From Tortispora ganteri (Eukaryota), in assembly GCA_003707115.1 (NCBI GenBank), contig PPNB01000033.1, positions 1-64,000 on the forward strand: DNA of 64,000 nt, given 5' to 3'. Shown in pieces: positions 10,501-19,735 of the stretch. The notes under the pieces are model-generated. The model worked only from the letters and a program-made list of their open reading frames with translations. It made no database searches and was not told the DNA's origin. The position numbers and the translations under genes were made by a program. Within the stretch, counting starts at the first letter, position 1. Every line of letters begins with the position of its first letter.

Positions 10501-11864
10501 AGGAAGATCTAAATGAAGTGCCCTCTAGTTTTCAACTAGCCAAACCTATTCCGAACATTATTCCATTCAATTTTGGCCCAGCTGTATCAGATCCGCTATT
10601 TGAGGACAATTCTGCTGTACACATTAGTTACTCACGAACTGCTGATCGTCGCTGGATTGTAGCTTCATGGACTGACAACAGAGGTTCGTTTTTGTTCAGT
10701 CGCAGCTTTTGTTTGACAAGAGGAAGCCAGCGACCAAAGTCAATTGAGGAAGTGATTGGTAGTATATGGGAGAAAACCATGACCTTTATTCGCAGAAAGA
10801 AGATCAGATGGAGAATAATCGTAACTCGACTAGGTATAGTTGAAGAAGATGAGCAAGTGGCATGGACCAACATGTTCGCAAGTGCAGAAATGGAATTCAG
10901 CACCACAAAAACGGTTGCGCGATCTGGTTCTGCTACACCAATTACCTCAGTTCTGCCAGTCGGAAGTCATATCGATTCCTCAAAGCACAATAGCTTTTCA
11001 ATGCCAATCAGTACTGGAAAATCAACCGATTTATCGCATTCCAGCATGACCCTGCCTGTGGGGCTAGACACGCAATCTTCCGCGGGCGGTTTAATTGAGT
11101 GCGATATCCGAATTGTTTGTGTGTTGGTGAGTATGGTCCCGTGTACTGAGATTGTGTTTGGGAAACAACAATGCAATTACACTAACAAATACGGTCTTGG
11201 AGGTCCTCTGACTGGCGAGTGGTCAATGACTCCTTCTGCTGCGCTTGACCTGCTCGGTTCTACACCACTTGGTCGCGGCGACTCTCCAAATCTGTTTGGA
11301 GTTGGCTCTGTTTGTGGTAACTCAGGATTCACGCCTCATACTGGTGGAGCGCATGATATTCTTAGTACCAATACACCTGCAAAGAGCGGGGCTACTCCTG
11401 GCCCGGACGAGTTTGACGGCGTTGGTGCACCGCAGACAACAGGGATAGTGCACATTGAGGATACAAACGAAGTAATTATGGATGCGTGCGAGGAGATAAT
11501 CACTATTATTCTGAAAAACCGCCGGTCGGTAATGTCCACCATCGATACCAGCATGGAGAGCTATTCGACGAAGAGTTACCTGGACATAGGGTTATTCATT
11601 AAAGGTCCTGGACGGATGGCGAGTGACGCGAGCAATCGCAGTAGAAGCAAGCCATCGCTACTTGAGATAGGAATGTTGTATATGACAGAAGGAGGGCTTC
11701 TAGGGAACAGCAGTAGCGGTTCCATGTTCAAAGAAGTTTTACAGGAATTCCGGCAGCTGGTGACATTAAATAACTGTCGTAAGCCGGAGGAAGAACAGGG
11801 AATATATCCTGTTCATGTGGAAGCAGTTGATCTGCTTGAAAGAGTAGTTGATGTAGTGAGATAA
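7593..11864 (+). CDS. SSN2: Mediator kinase-module subunit Med13
   Basis: 1423 aa; DDDFDFFD, LDSKYSVGGKF, LPFWHFFGCQPYSGP, HISYSRTADRRWIVASWTDNRG, EFRQLVTL, YPVHV. Confidence 0.9.
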   Translation: MDTNSWGSTPTNVLRLAHPLPNVSFRVYVDSSWASDDHMRLERAVNQIRLLHPNSLVASHQSELFVFASLDASGKMPDLNDLLVNRLHLIETTMGTFMPASLSVSSNRTPPVYIAFTEALRGLIFNHLIASARAVPIHSSERPRLLVKHPDSPSMALLSVSITVSPKSDIIIIPQCTSSMLYPAADLLPGSVVMLAPTYSVTTFISATAAPIYASTIVSELQASYGLYQTYTPDKWLLLSISSGNSLKNISWPADLCFSVRTTAAVPSQYSYQRYIEWFNLPRPSSFFFSSKIRSSGPSPVRTSSGPSSDAHTVPLEPEISVHLPTVIKPVDTKNTLDSSLNRPTIAANSDPLEGSAVESTAQPANMVADTEQSWNQVTALDSNEMLWKDFADDDELFQGPINDDDFDFFDAPYQPVKSAEPQNEEIPQIVKDDEKILISTGESATKIESAKEFDEIDENEQTDPTPDVDMLDMSSYKQAILEPAQIQCQVSCKEENTEKDAFSPVKFSKNLPTLLDSKYSVGGKFFVNDQDPSKDISAMFIDDYDEYGSSDVSSVVIEDSNESNLRHSAHSETILKSRMNLERQIGAIQHSVEAEQNKNNDYDEDENKKDNENDEITNSVLNDLLYQPDLKNRGFSRLIEIMDYPHMSTSDIEKLTLMVSRQLAFAQKRYISQRGNTFADWVIDEGESLDIPEDFLDIVRKLVGSYNKIGLLEYLELHESSYGAITRLQRVPTTSSEDMLLDDSDQTSISLNSLVFDMPHIMMKRFGRPLKILPSVLPFWHFFGCQPYSGPLDATVYFAVPGSDGVQHAAMLFLNSLKQCYKKCELGTLTLGSSLTQSKNDSEEPSGLVPIQLNMDKLADKSLLQSSEILVQYSHAISQLKKALTKHTAFEDRILLLIANPFDEDVSLFEICRSFCSIKEELGSRRIHLQIIPVDRFCSLDGYTVPTPKEYTNIALRLYEGLGASDNLKEDLNEVPSSFQLAKPIPNIIPFNFGPAVSDPLFEDNSAVHISYSRTADRRWIVASWTDNRGSFLFSRSFCLTRGSQRPKSIEEVIGSIWEKTMTFIRRKKIRWRIIVTRLGIVEEDEQVAWTNMFASAEMEFSTTKTVARSGSATPITSVLPVGSHIDSSKHNSFSMPISTGKSTDLSHSSMTLPVGLDTQSSAGGLIECDIRIVCVLVSMVPCTEIVFGKQQCNYTNKYGLGGPLTGEWSMTPSAALDLLGSTPLGRGDSPNLFGVGSVCGNSGFTPHTGGAHDILSTNTPAKSGATPGPDEFDGVGAPQTTGIVHIEDTNEVIMDACEEIITIILKNRRSVMSTIDTSMESYSTKSYLDIGLFIKGPGRMASDASNRSRSKPSLLEIGMLYMTEGGLLGNSSSGSMFKEVLQEFRQLVTLNNCRKPEEEQGIYPVHVEAVDLLERVVDVVR

Positions 11865-11909
11865 TGACAAACTTGACGAGACTAATAAAAGAAAAAAGAA
11901 GTATATATA

Positions 11910-12623
11910 TCATATGGACTCGAATTCGGCCATTGGTTGCAAAGAACGCAGATGACGGGCGAGTCTTCGTTCAAGAGCAGGATTCGCGGTCAAGACGTTC
12001 GTAGAGACAATCTGAGTGCATCCTGCGACAGGGCAAGGGTATTGAATTGTAGGGTCTCTTTCAATATACTGCATAATAGCTTCCTTGGAGTAAGCGTGTT
12101 TGCACAGGCTGTTGGTGACTGGATTCTGAAGCAAGTCGCCAGTCAGGGGGCACTTAAAGCTCTCTATGGCACGCTGTACGACAAGATCATCGTCGTTTTC
12201 ATCGTCATCATCTTCACCGCCAGATGAGTCGGAGTCGAACCATCTACGCGGGTCTTCAGGCAAATCTTCGTCGGCATGTCGGATCGCGTAGATGATACGT
12301 TTGATCTCTTTGTACAAGGGGTCGTTACCGAACCGCTTACTCTTTGGAAGTGCAGCTATTTCTAAGGCTATATCTTTCTTGTGTTGTAAGATTGCATTTA
12401 CGTCGCCAGTCAGGAGATCGGTCTTTGCGCGATCGCTGACTAGTTTCGCGATGACCATTTGTCTTGCAGACGCGTCAATATCTTTGGCAGCATCGCGTAC
12501 TTTTGGAGCGAGTTCGGGAATTTCACGCAGATCTTCAAATGCAGTCAGTGATTTACTGATCTCGTCCATACATAATTCATAAGTCTTTGTTTCAACAGGA
12601 ACTGTTCTAGAGATATGAGGCAT
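11910..12623 (-). CDS. MMS21: SUMO E3 ligase Nse2/Mms21 (SP-RING)
   Basis: DDDLVV...FKCPLT..LQNPVTNSLCKHAYSKEAIMQYI...CPVAGC. Confidence 0.88.
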   Translation of the reverse strand: MPHISRTVPVETKTYELCMDEISKSLTAFEDLREIPELAPKVRDAAKDIDASARQMVIAKLVSDRAKTDLLTGDVNAILQHKKDIALEIAALPKSKRFGNDPLYKEIKRIIYAIRHADEDLPEDPRRWFDSDSSGGEDDDDENDDDLVVQRAIESFKCPLTGDLLQNPVTNSLCKHAYSKEAIMQYIERDPTIQYPCPVAGCTQIVSTNVLTANPALERRLARHLRSLQPMAEFESI

Positions 12624-12699
12624 AATTTTGTAGGTATAGTCAAAGTAGGTATTGTGTTAGTTAAAATAAGGTTTGTAGTGTGGATTTGACCTGGTCCCG

Positions 12700-12708
12700 T
12701 TGGCCACC
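12700..12708 (-). promoter_or_regulatory. PACE-like (Rpn4) element
   Basis: GGTGGCCAA on minus strand, one mismatch to GGTGGCAAA, 15 bp before the RPN7 ATG. Confidence 0.45.
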
Positions 12709-12723
12709 TTAGAAAACAACACA

Positions 12724-13941
12724 ATGACAGTAGAAGAAGCCAATAATGACGGTCTTACAGGCAATGTACCTGATTTAAGACTAGGTCAACTTGTATTCGA
12801 AGTTCATAGTGAACATTTTTCTAAAGAAAAAAGAGAATCTGCCAGGATTGAGCTCTTGGATACCATTATGGCGAATAACATGTCCGGGTTTTGGTACTAT
12901 CTGCATACCACTTACCCGAACCTGAATGTCGAATGGGACGAAAAAAAATATGAGGAAATGCTTGGTAAAGCTGCAGATGTTTTGGCCGATTTAGAGACTA
13001 AGATTGCTGAAGCTGAAGAAGCGGACGGTGAAGTTGAAGTGGCAAGAGGCTGGACAAAAGTAGGTGAGTTCTGGGCTCGCAATGGTAATAAGACTAGAGC
13101 GCTCGAGACTCTTAGAAACGCCTATGAAAAGACATCAGGTGTAGGCAATCAGGTCGATATTTTGCTTACCATCATTAGAGTTGGTATGCTGTTCGACGAC
13201 AAGGAACTCATCCGCACAGAACTCGAAAATGCAGAGCTGCTCATCGACAGGGGTGGCGATTGGGACAGACGTAATCGTCTCAAGACTTACAAAGGGTTAT
13301 ACTGTATTTCTGTACGTAACTTCGAAGAGGGCGCTAAACTATTGATCGAATCCAGGTCTACATTCACCTCTACAGAAGTATGCACTTACGAGTACGTCGT
13401 CGCCTTGACCGTGCTTGCAGGTGCTCTAACCCTGGAACGAGTCGAGCTAAAAACTAAAGTCATAGACTCTCCTGAAGTACTTCAGCTCATTCCTACCACA
13501 CCAGCTCTTGAACCACTTACCTCGCTTACTAACTCGTTGTACCTCTGTGATTACGCCACTTTTTTCAAATCACTGGCCCAAGTCGAAGAGACATTTTTAG
13601 CGCTACACCGTGAACTTGTTCCCCACAGTGCCTACTATGTCCGCGAAATGCGCCGTAAAGCTTATGCACAGCTTCTCGAGTCATACAGGGCGTTGTCTCT
13701 ACGTTCGATGGCTGATGCCTTCGGCGTGACAGTTGAATTCCTTGATGCAGATCTCTCCAAATTTATCCCGAACCGACAACTTAACTGTGTCATTGATCGC
13801 GTAAATGGCGTCGTCTTGACTAACCGTCCAGATACTAAAAATGCACAATATCAGGTGCTGTTGAAGCAGGGCGATATACTCCTGACGAAGCTCCAGAAGT
13901 ACGGCGCAGCAGTCAGGCTATCACCAGCCGAAAGAGTTTAG
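12724..13941 (+). CDS. RPN7: 26S proteasome lid subunit Rpn7
   Basis: GGDWDRRNRLKTY, YYVREMRRKAYAQLLESY, PCI domain. ATG at 12724. Confidence 0.97.
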   Translation: MTVEEANNDGLTGNVPDLRLGQLVFEVHSEHFSKEKRESARIELLDTIMANNMSGFWYYLHTTYPNLNVEWDEKKYEEMLGKAADVLADLETKIAEAEEADGEVEVARGWTKVGEFWARNGNKTRALETLRNAYEKTSGVGNQVDILLTIIRVGMLFDDKELIRTELENAELLIDRGGDWDRRNRLKTYKGLYCISVRNFEEGAKLLIESRSTFTSTEVCTYEYVVALTVLAGALTLERVELKTKVIDSPEVLQLIPTTPALEPLTSLTNSLYLCDYATFFKSLAQVEETFLALHRELVPHSAYYVREMRRKAYAQLLESYRALSLRSMADAFGVTVEFLDADLSKFIPNRQLNCVIDRVNGVVLTNRPDTKNAQYQVLLKQGDILLTKLQKYGAAVRLSPAERV

Positions 13942-14209
13942 CGATAAACCTATGCACTTCATACTCTGAGAACTAATTTAATTAGTGCCATTCTCTTTTA
14001 TATACGCCGAAATTCGGCACATAGTGCATATTTAGTGTCGTTTCTGCTGTCTAATTTCCGGTCTCACCCATAACCTGTTGCCAAATCGGGCAACTCCCAG
14101 ACATCAGCATTCTTCACCACTTGGAATTTTTTACCTTCTTCTTAGTCCTTACATCAGAACGGTGAAAAAAAAACCGAAAAACTCTCTGTAGCAACAGTTT
14201 TTACCAGTA

Positions 14210-15949
14210 ATGACCCTTAAACCTGAGAATGCTCTTGAAGTACTCAAAGAGTACGAGCACCAAGATGGATTAGATGTTCATACGCTTATGGACTCGAAGA
14301 CCAGAGGTGGACTCACCTATAATGATTTTCTGATCCTACCGGGCAAAATTGATTTCGCCTCTAACGAGGTTTCACTGGAAACAAAGATCACCAAAAATAT
14401 TTCGATCAAGACTCCTTTTGCTTCTTCACCTATGGACACAGTCACTGAAGTTGATATGGCTGTGCATATGGCTCTGCTTGGTGGCGTGGGAATTATTCAT
14501 CATAACTGCACCGCCGAAGAACAGGCTGCTATGGTCCGCAAGGTCAAGAAGTATGAGAACGGTTTCATCACTGACCCTGTTGTCGTTTCTCCTGAATTAA
14601 CTGTCAAGGAGGTTTTGGCCTTGAAAGACAAACTCGGCTTTGCTGGGTTCCCTGTTACAGGTAAGTACCTTTTTTATTGCGAAAAAAAGCAAAACGCGCA
14701 CTATGATGTTTCTACAAACTTTCGTTCTACCAAGAAGCCGTAAAAGGCCTGCTGGACACCATATATAAAGGGCTTAAAGCCTGATCTGAGAGTGCCTTAA
14801 CTTTTGTTGTGGTTTGTGTATACTAACAATTATGTAGAGAACGGAAAGTTCCCTGCCAAGCTCATTGGTATTGTAACTTCACGCGATATCCAGTTTGAGG
14901 ACCCCAACGCCCTAATCAAAGATGTTATGACTACAGATGTCATTACTGCTTTTGAAGGTGTCACACTTAAAGAAGCCAACGAGGTTCTACGTCGTTCGAA
15001 GAAGGGCAAACTACCTATCGTGGACAAACAGGGCGTCATCACTTCTCTTCTTTCCAGAACCGATCTGAAGAAGAATTACCATTATCCCTTAGCGAGCAAG
15101 GAACCGCATTCCAAACAGTTACTCTGTGGTGCAGCTATTGGTACACGTCCTGCTGATCGCGACCGTTTAAAGCTCCTTTCTGATGCGGGTCTTGACATTG
15201 TGGTTCTTGACTCTTCGCAAGGCAACTCCATCTACCAGATTGAGATGATCCAGTGGATCAAGAAAAATTTCCCAAAAATAGATGTTATTGCTGGCAATGT
15301 AGTGACCCGTGAACAGGCTGCCAGCCTTATTGCTGCTGGTGCAGACGCTTTACGTATTGGCATGGGTTCTGGATCGATTTGTATTACGCAAGAGGTCATG
15401 GCTGTTGGACGTCCCCAGGGCACTGCAGTCTACCAGGTATCGCAGTTCGCTGCCAGATTTGGCGTTCCCACTATTGCTGATGGCGGTATTAGTAACGTTG
15501 GACACATAACTAAGGCTCTTGCACTCGGTGCGAGTGCTGTAATGATGGGTGGTCTACTTGCCGGCACTACTGAAGCACCTGGTGAGTACTTGTACCGGGA
15601 GGGTCAGCGCGTCAAAGCATATCGTGGTATGGGATCTATCGATGCGATGCAACGTTCTGGAAACAACGAGAATGCTGCTACCAGTAGATACTTCTCGGAA
15701 GCGGACTCTGTACTTGTTGCACAGGGAGTTTCTGGACAAGTCGTCGACAAGGGCAGTATTACCAAGTTTGTACCTTACTTGGCATCAGGCTTACAGCATG
15801 GTCTTCAGGATATTGGCGTGAAGAGCGTCAGTGAGCTCAGAGAAGGCAGCAGTAGTGGCAAAATTCGATTTGAAATGCGCTCGGCGTCCGCTCAGCTGGA
15901 AGGAGGAGTACACGGACTGTTTAGCTACGAGAAACGTCTGTACAACTAA
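14210..15949 (+). CDS. IMD4: IMP dehydrogenase. Exon 1 14210-14660, intron 14661-14837, exon 2 14838-15949
   Basis: [46 protein letters not shown]...TACTAAC...TAG intron joins FPVT-E-NGK in frame. Symbol chosen because the intron hosts an snR54-like RNA, as in S. cerevisiae IMD4. Confidence 0.96.
14698..14795 (+). ncRNA. SNR54: Intronic box C/D snoRNA, snR54-like (18S rRNA Am974 guide)
   Basis: Terminal stem GCACT/AGTGC; C-like ATGATGT 14703-14709; D box CTGA 14786-14789; guide AACTTTCGTTCT 14717-14728 complementary to conserved 18S AGAACGAAAGUU. Confidence 0.85.
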
Positions 15950-16142
15950 ACGAAACCAGAAAGGAAGACTATAATATAAAAGAATTATTCTGTACAACGC
16001 TAGAGCTATTATCTACCAGTAAAAGATTATAAAAATTTAGGATCATGAATTTAATACACACTACAGCTGATAATGCGTCATCCGTTAAAGCGTTGGAGAA
16101 GTAGAGTACGTAAACAAGAAGATATTTGCACGTGAGGCATGT

Positions 16143-16571
16143 TTACTCTTCTAATGTCTGGGCAGCGATACGGTCAAGATCGCGCTGTCCAAAAGCAGAT
16201 ATTCTTCGTCCACCAGTAGCAGCCTTCTCTAAGACACCGATCTTCTCAAGGGCTTGGAGAGCCTTTCTGTTGACGGAGCCAGAGGCGTCGCGGTGGTGAG
16301 AAGGTCTGGATCCACGGTTGATGGCACCGCCGTAAACACGGTTCAACTTGCCGGTACCGATTGTCTTTCTCAAGTAGATGTGACGGGCAATAGAAGCGGC
16401 TCTCATGTAGAACCACTTTTCAGCGTTTTGAGGGGGAAGTTCGTTTCCGCTTGAGGTCTTGACGAGCTCGACATATCCGGGAACTTCGAGACGGCCTTGA
16501 CGCTGTAAGAATTCAGCATAAGCCTCAATAAATTTTTGAGCCGGAACGTCTTTAACAGATACACCAGGCAT
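16143..16571 (-). CDS. RPS19: 40S ribosomal protein eS19, intronless
   Basis: MPGVSVKDV, WFYMRAASIARHIYLR, GQRDLDRIA. Confidence 0.98.
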   Translation of the reverse strand: MPGVSVKDVPAQKFIEAYAEFLQRQGRLEVPGYVELVKTSSGNELPPQNAEKWFYMRAASIARHIYLRKTIGTGKLNRVYGGAINRGSRPSHHRDASGSVNRKALQALEKIGVLEKAATGGRRISAFGQRDLDRIAAQTLEE

Positions 16572-16602
16572 TTGGATTTGTTTTTATCGATAGATTAGGT
16601 AC

Positions 16603-16668
16603 GTGAGTGGGTGTTAGTGTGGGTATGGGTGTTTAATGATGTGCGCTTGGGTATTTCTCGTTAGGGTT
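16603..16668 (-). promoter_or_regulatory. RPS19 promoter: two Rap1-like sites plus a Tbf1-like site
   Basis: Minus strand ACACCCATACCC (16632-16621) and ACACCCACTCAC (16614-16603); TTAGGGTT at 16661-16668. Confidence 0.5.
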
Positions 16669-16828
16669 CGTGACTGTTATGATATGGGGTAGGGCTGGTT
16701 CATCTGTACCTTGTGCTGAAAACTTTATATTCGTCTCAACCAATCACAGTTATTGCTGTATTTTTGACGTGAAACCGGTCGGCTTTGTAGACAGTAGTAG
16801 TATGCAGCGACGTAGAGGGCGAGCAGCG

Positions 16829-17656
16829 CTATAAATCGATGCAAAAATTATTACGCGTTGATCCAGAGCGTATTTCTCGTTTCGGGAACAATTTTGCAGC
16901 GCCTTTAGAGGCAGGGAGGAGCGTCCAGAGCCAGTAAGCGAGTTTATGCGAGATCTTTTCGCGGGACAGCGTGTAGCCCAGACTGGTCATTATATCGAGG
17001 AGCAGTTGTCTGTCACAGTAGCGTGAGTTGTGTATGCATGCAGATGGAAGCACTAAAAATACGCAGGGTAACGGAGATGTACAGGATTCAGGCTGCAATA
17101 GGAACGATCGCAGCAGTTTGAGCATGAGCCCTCTGCGAGTACGATCGGGCACGTAGTTCACCACGAGAGAGAGCGAAATCACGTGAAACTGGTCGTCTGT
17201 TGATTGAGGAAGCGGTCGCTCAAAAAAATCTTGTTGCTTTATGTATTTATCCTGCGAGTTGAGATCAATCCGCTCAATAGTGGCGAAAATACCGCTTCTT
17301 GAGCAGGCATTCTTGGACGAAAGAGCACCGACTTCCAGCAGTCGCAAGTCTTGCGGCAAATCGAATTGTTTAAGCCAATCCACTAACAGTATAGAGGTGT
17401 CACCACCTCTTGATTTATCCTGACCAAGCAGCGATGCCTGCTGATATATCTGAATGCCACCGAGATCGTCCAACTGCTCTTCGATCTGCTTCACTTTGAG
17501 AGCGTCGCCTTCCCGCTCAAACCGTTCCTTGTCCTTGAGGAGCGCATGCCGTGATCTGATAATTTTGCGTGTTGTTTTAGCCGAAACTGAACGCAATTTT
17601 CGTGTATTTGTCAGCGTCCTAGGCGTCGCACAGATCCCACGGCTTTTCCGTGCCAT
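16829..17656 (-). CDS. BMT2: 25S rRNA adenine-N1 methyltransferase Bmt2
   Basis: LGGIQIYQQASLLGQDKSRGGDTS, LLEVGAL, QQDFFERPLP, ISLSLVVNYVP, RNNFCI. ATG at 17656. Confidence 0.92.
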   Translation of the reverse strand: MARKSRGICATPRTLTNTRKLRSVSAKTTRKIIRSRHALLKDKERFEREGDALKVKQIEEQLDDLGGIQIYQQASLLGQDKSRGGDTSILLVDWLKQFDLPQDLRLLEVGALSSKNACSRSGIFATIERIDLNSQDKYIKQQDFFERPLPQSTDDQFHVISLSLVVNYVPDRTRRGLMLKLLRSFLLQPESCTSPLPCVFLVLPSACIHNSRYCDRQLLLDIMTSLGYTLSREKISHKLAYWLWTLLPASKGAAKLFPKREIRSGSTRNNFCIDL

Positions 17657-17911
17657 AATGTCGAGAAGACAACTAACTGCCAGTCCCAAACTTATCTCTT
17701 TATATACCACACCAGATCAAGGATGTGATATATATATCCGCCAGATATGCTCATTTGGTCAGTTAATTATATTAATACTTAACTAGGATGAGCTCTAACG
17801 GATAAACAAGCGCAGGTTTTCTTTGCAGATGGCTCCATTGTCGTTCAAGGGTCCTCCTACTAAGTAAGCCTTTGCACCTCATTTGTTCTCCTTTTGCCGT
17901 TCGAAAGAGAT

Positions 17912-19735
17912 ATGGAGAACAAAGGTAACCCCTTGTTCCCAAACTCCACTATAATTCACAGAACAGATGCTGTTTTCCCACTAAGATCGTTCTTCGATAG
18001 TGATATTTCGGATCAGACTGAAATCCAGCTTGACCTCGCCCAGTCGTCTCATCGTGAATCGAACTTGACGATCCCCACGCCTTCGGATGAGATAAAACCA
18101 TCTCTTTCTTCAAGGCATACACAGGCTATTGCGTTCAACTGTGTATTAGGTGTAGGACTTTATATAACGTCAAGCGCTTACTTCTACAAATCTGGCCCAC
18201 TTGGCGTGCTACTGGGGTTCATCATTACCGGTACTATTCTCTTCCTCTTTCTGCTCACAATCAAGGAAATGACAAGCTTTATCCCTGCCAGCGGCTCATT
18301 GTCTACGTTTGGGTCTCGGTTTGTGGATGACTCCATAGGCTTCTCCATGGGTATCCTTTACTGGTTATCGTATAACTTCCTCACAATGAGCCAGATCATT
18401 GTCGCCTCCGAGATGATCAGCGCGTTCACCTCAATTGGAACCTACACTACTACAAAAATCTTCTGGATATCAATATTTATTATCATTATCACTGCCGTCA
18501 ACTTCCTGCCTACACGTACCTTTGCTGAATGTCTCTTTGTCGCCGCTCTCGTCAAGTGTATAATAGCCATCATGCTTGTCATCTTTCTGTTTGTCGTTAA
18601 TCGTTCACCTAATTCCACAGACACACGATACACATACCCGTTGTCCTTCATCTTCTGGAACTCCAACAGAGGTGAGCCCAATCTCGCGCTTACTGATGCG
18701 ACTCGTTATGGCCCGTTCCGGCCATACTTCATACCGTCCCCCGTCACATCTCCTGAGCGGCCTATCACGACCATCTCCGGAGATTTGGGAAGGTTTCTGC
18801 AGGTATTATATGCAGTTATCCATACGGTGTTTGCGTATACCGGTCTGGATGGCTTTGCGATTGCCGCTACGGAGTCCAGGTCTATAAAACGCGATTTTGC
18901 AGACACGTTCCCCTATTTCTACCCCATTTTGACGTGTATCTATATTTTCGGAGCATTCGCATTTGGTATTGATTCTTGGGCTGGCGACAGCCGGCTTGTT
19001 GGAATATTCGACCCTGCAACCGTATTCTGTCCGCGGATAGGCAACCACGATAATAATGTGATCCTGCATTCTCCTGGCGAGAAGTCAGCTTTTGTTATTT
19101 CATTGCGCAATGCCGGCTACTGCAAAATGTCGCAGCTCGTTATTGCCTATTTTATTTTCTCTGCAGTCTGCGCTGGCGCTGCGCAAATGTACTGCGCAAA
19201 CAGAACACTCTATGCGCTCGCAAAGCAAGCCAAGGCGCCTAAGATATTCGCTAGAACCAAAAATGGCTCCACAGTTTACGCCATTTGGATGACCGCGCTG
19301 ATAGTATGCTGTTCATACTTTGGCGTGATTGAACCTGATACTTCCAGCTTCAATTTCACATGGGTACTTACGCTATCAGGGAACTCCATGCTGATCGCGT
19401 GGATATGCACTGCAGTAGCGTATATTCGCTTCTACAAAGGCCTCAAACACCACCCATACGTTCTTCAACGCGACTCAGTCAACTTTCCTTTCCACAGCCC
19501 TTTCCAGCCATACTCCGCCTATGTTGTCGCCATCTTCCTGTCAGTTTTGGTTCTGTTCAGTGGATTCTATGTGTTCTTTAAGAGCAGCTGGAGTACAGCT
19601 GATTTCATATCAAGCTATTTCCCTTTGTTCATCTTCGTCGTCTCCACAATCGCCTACAAGCTCTATCGCCGTACCAGGCACGTCAAGTTCAAGGACATGA
19701 ACTTTTCGATAGGTCGCGTGATGTCGGAGGAATAG
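17912..19735 (+). CDS. Amino acid permease (APC/YAT family), divergent
   Basis: LSSRHTQAIAF..LGVGL, SRFVDDSIGFSMG, FAYTG, RTLYALA...APKIF, SPFQPY; about 12 hydrophobic segments. Confidence 0.88.
   Translation: MENKGNPLFPNSTIIHRTDAVFPLRSFFDSDISDQTEIQLDLAQSSHRESNLTIPTPSDEIKPSLSSRHTQAIAFNCVLGVGLYITSSAYFYKSGPLGVLLGFIITGTILFLFLLTIKEMTSFIPASGSLSTFGSRFVDDSIGFSMGILYWLSYNFLTMSQIIVASEMISAFTSIGTYTTTKIFWISIFIIIITAVNFLPTRTFAECLFVAALVKCIIAIMLVIFLFVVNRSPNSTDTRYTYPLSFIFWNSNRGEPNLALTDATRYGPFRPYFIPSPVTSPERPITTISGDLGRFLQVLYAVIHTVFAYTGLDGFAIAATESRSIKRDFADTFPYFYPILTCIYIFGAFAFGIDSWAGDSRLVGIFDPATVFCPRIGNHDNNVILHSPGEKSAFVISLRNAGYCKMSQLVIAYFIFSAVCAGAAQMYCANRTLYALAKQAKAPKIFARTKNGSTVYAIWMTALIVCCSYFGVIEPDTSSFNFTWVLTLSGNSMLIAWICTAVAYIRFYKGLKHHPYVLQRDSVNFPFHSPFQPYSAYVVAIFLSVLVLFSGFYVFFKSSWSTADFISSYFPLFIFVVSTIAYKLYRRTRHVKFKDMNFSIGRVMSEE

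Noticed and set aside
14329..14480. Alternative CUG decoding
   Set aside because: CTG occurs at conserved Leu positions (DFLIL, ALLGG), supporting the standard code.
14210..15949. Two separate IMPDH ORFs in the track (split gene or frameshift)
   Set aside because: Explained by one canonical intron, 14661-14837.
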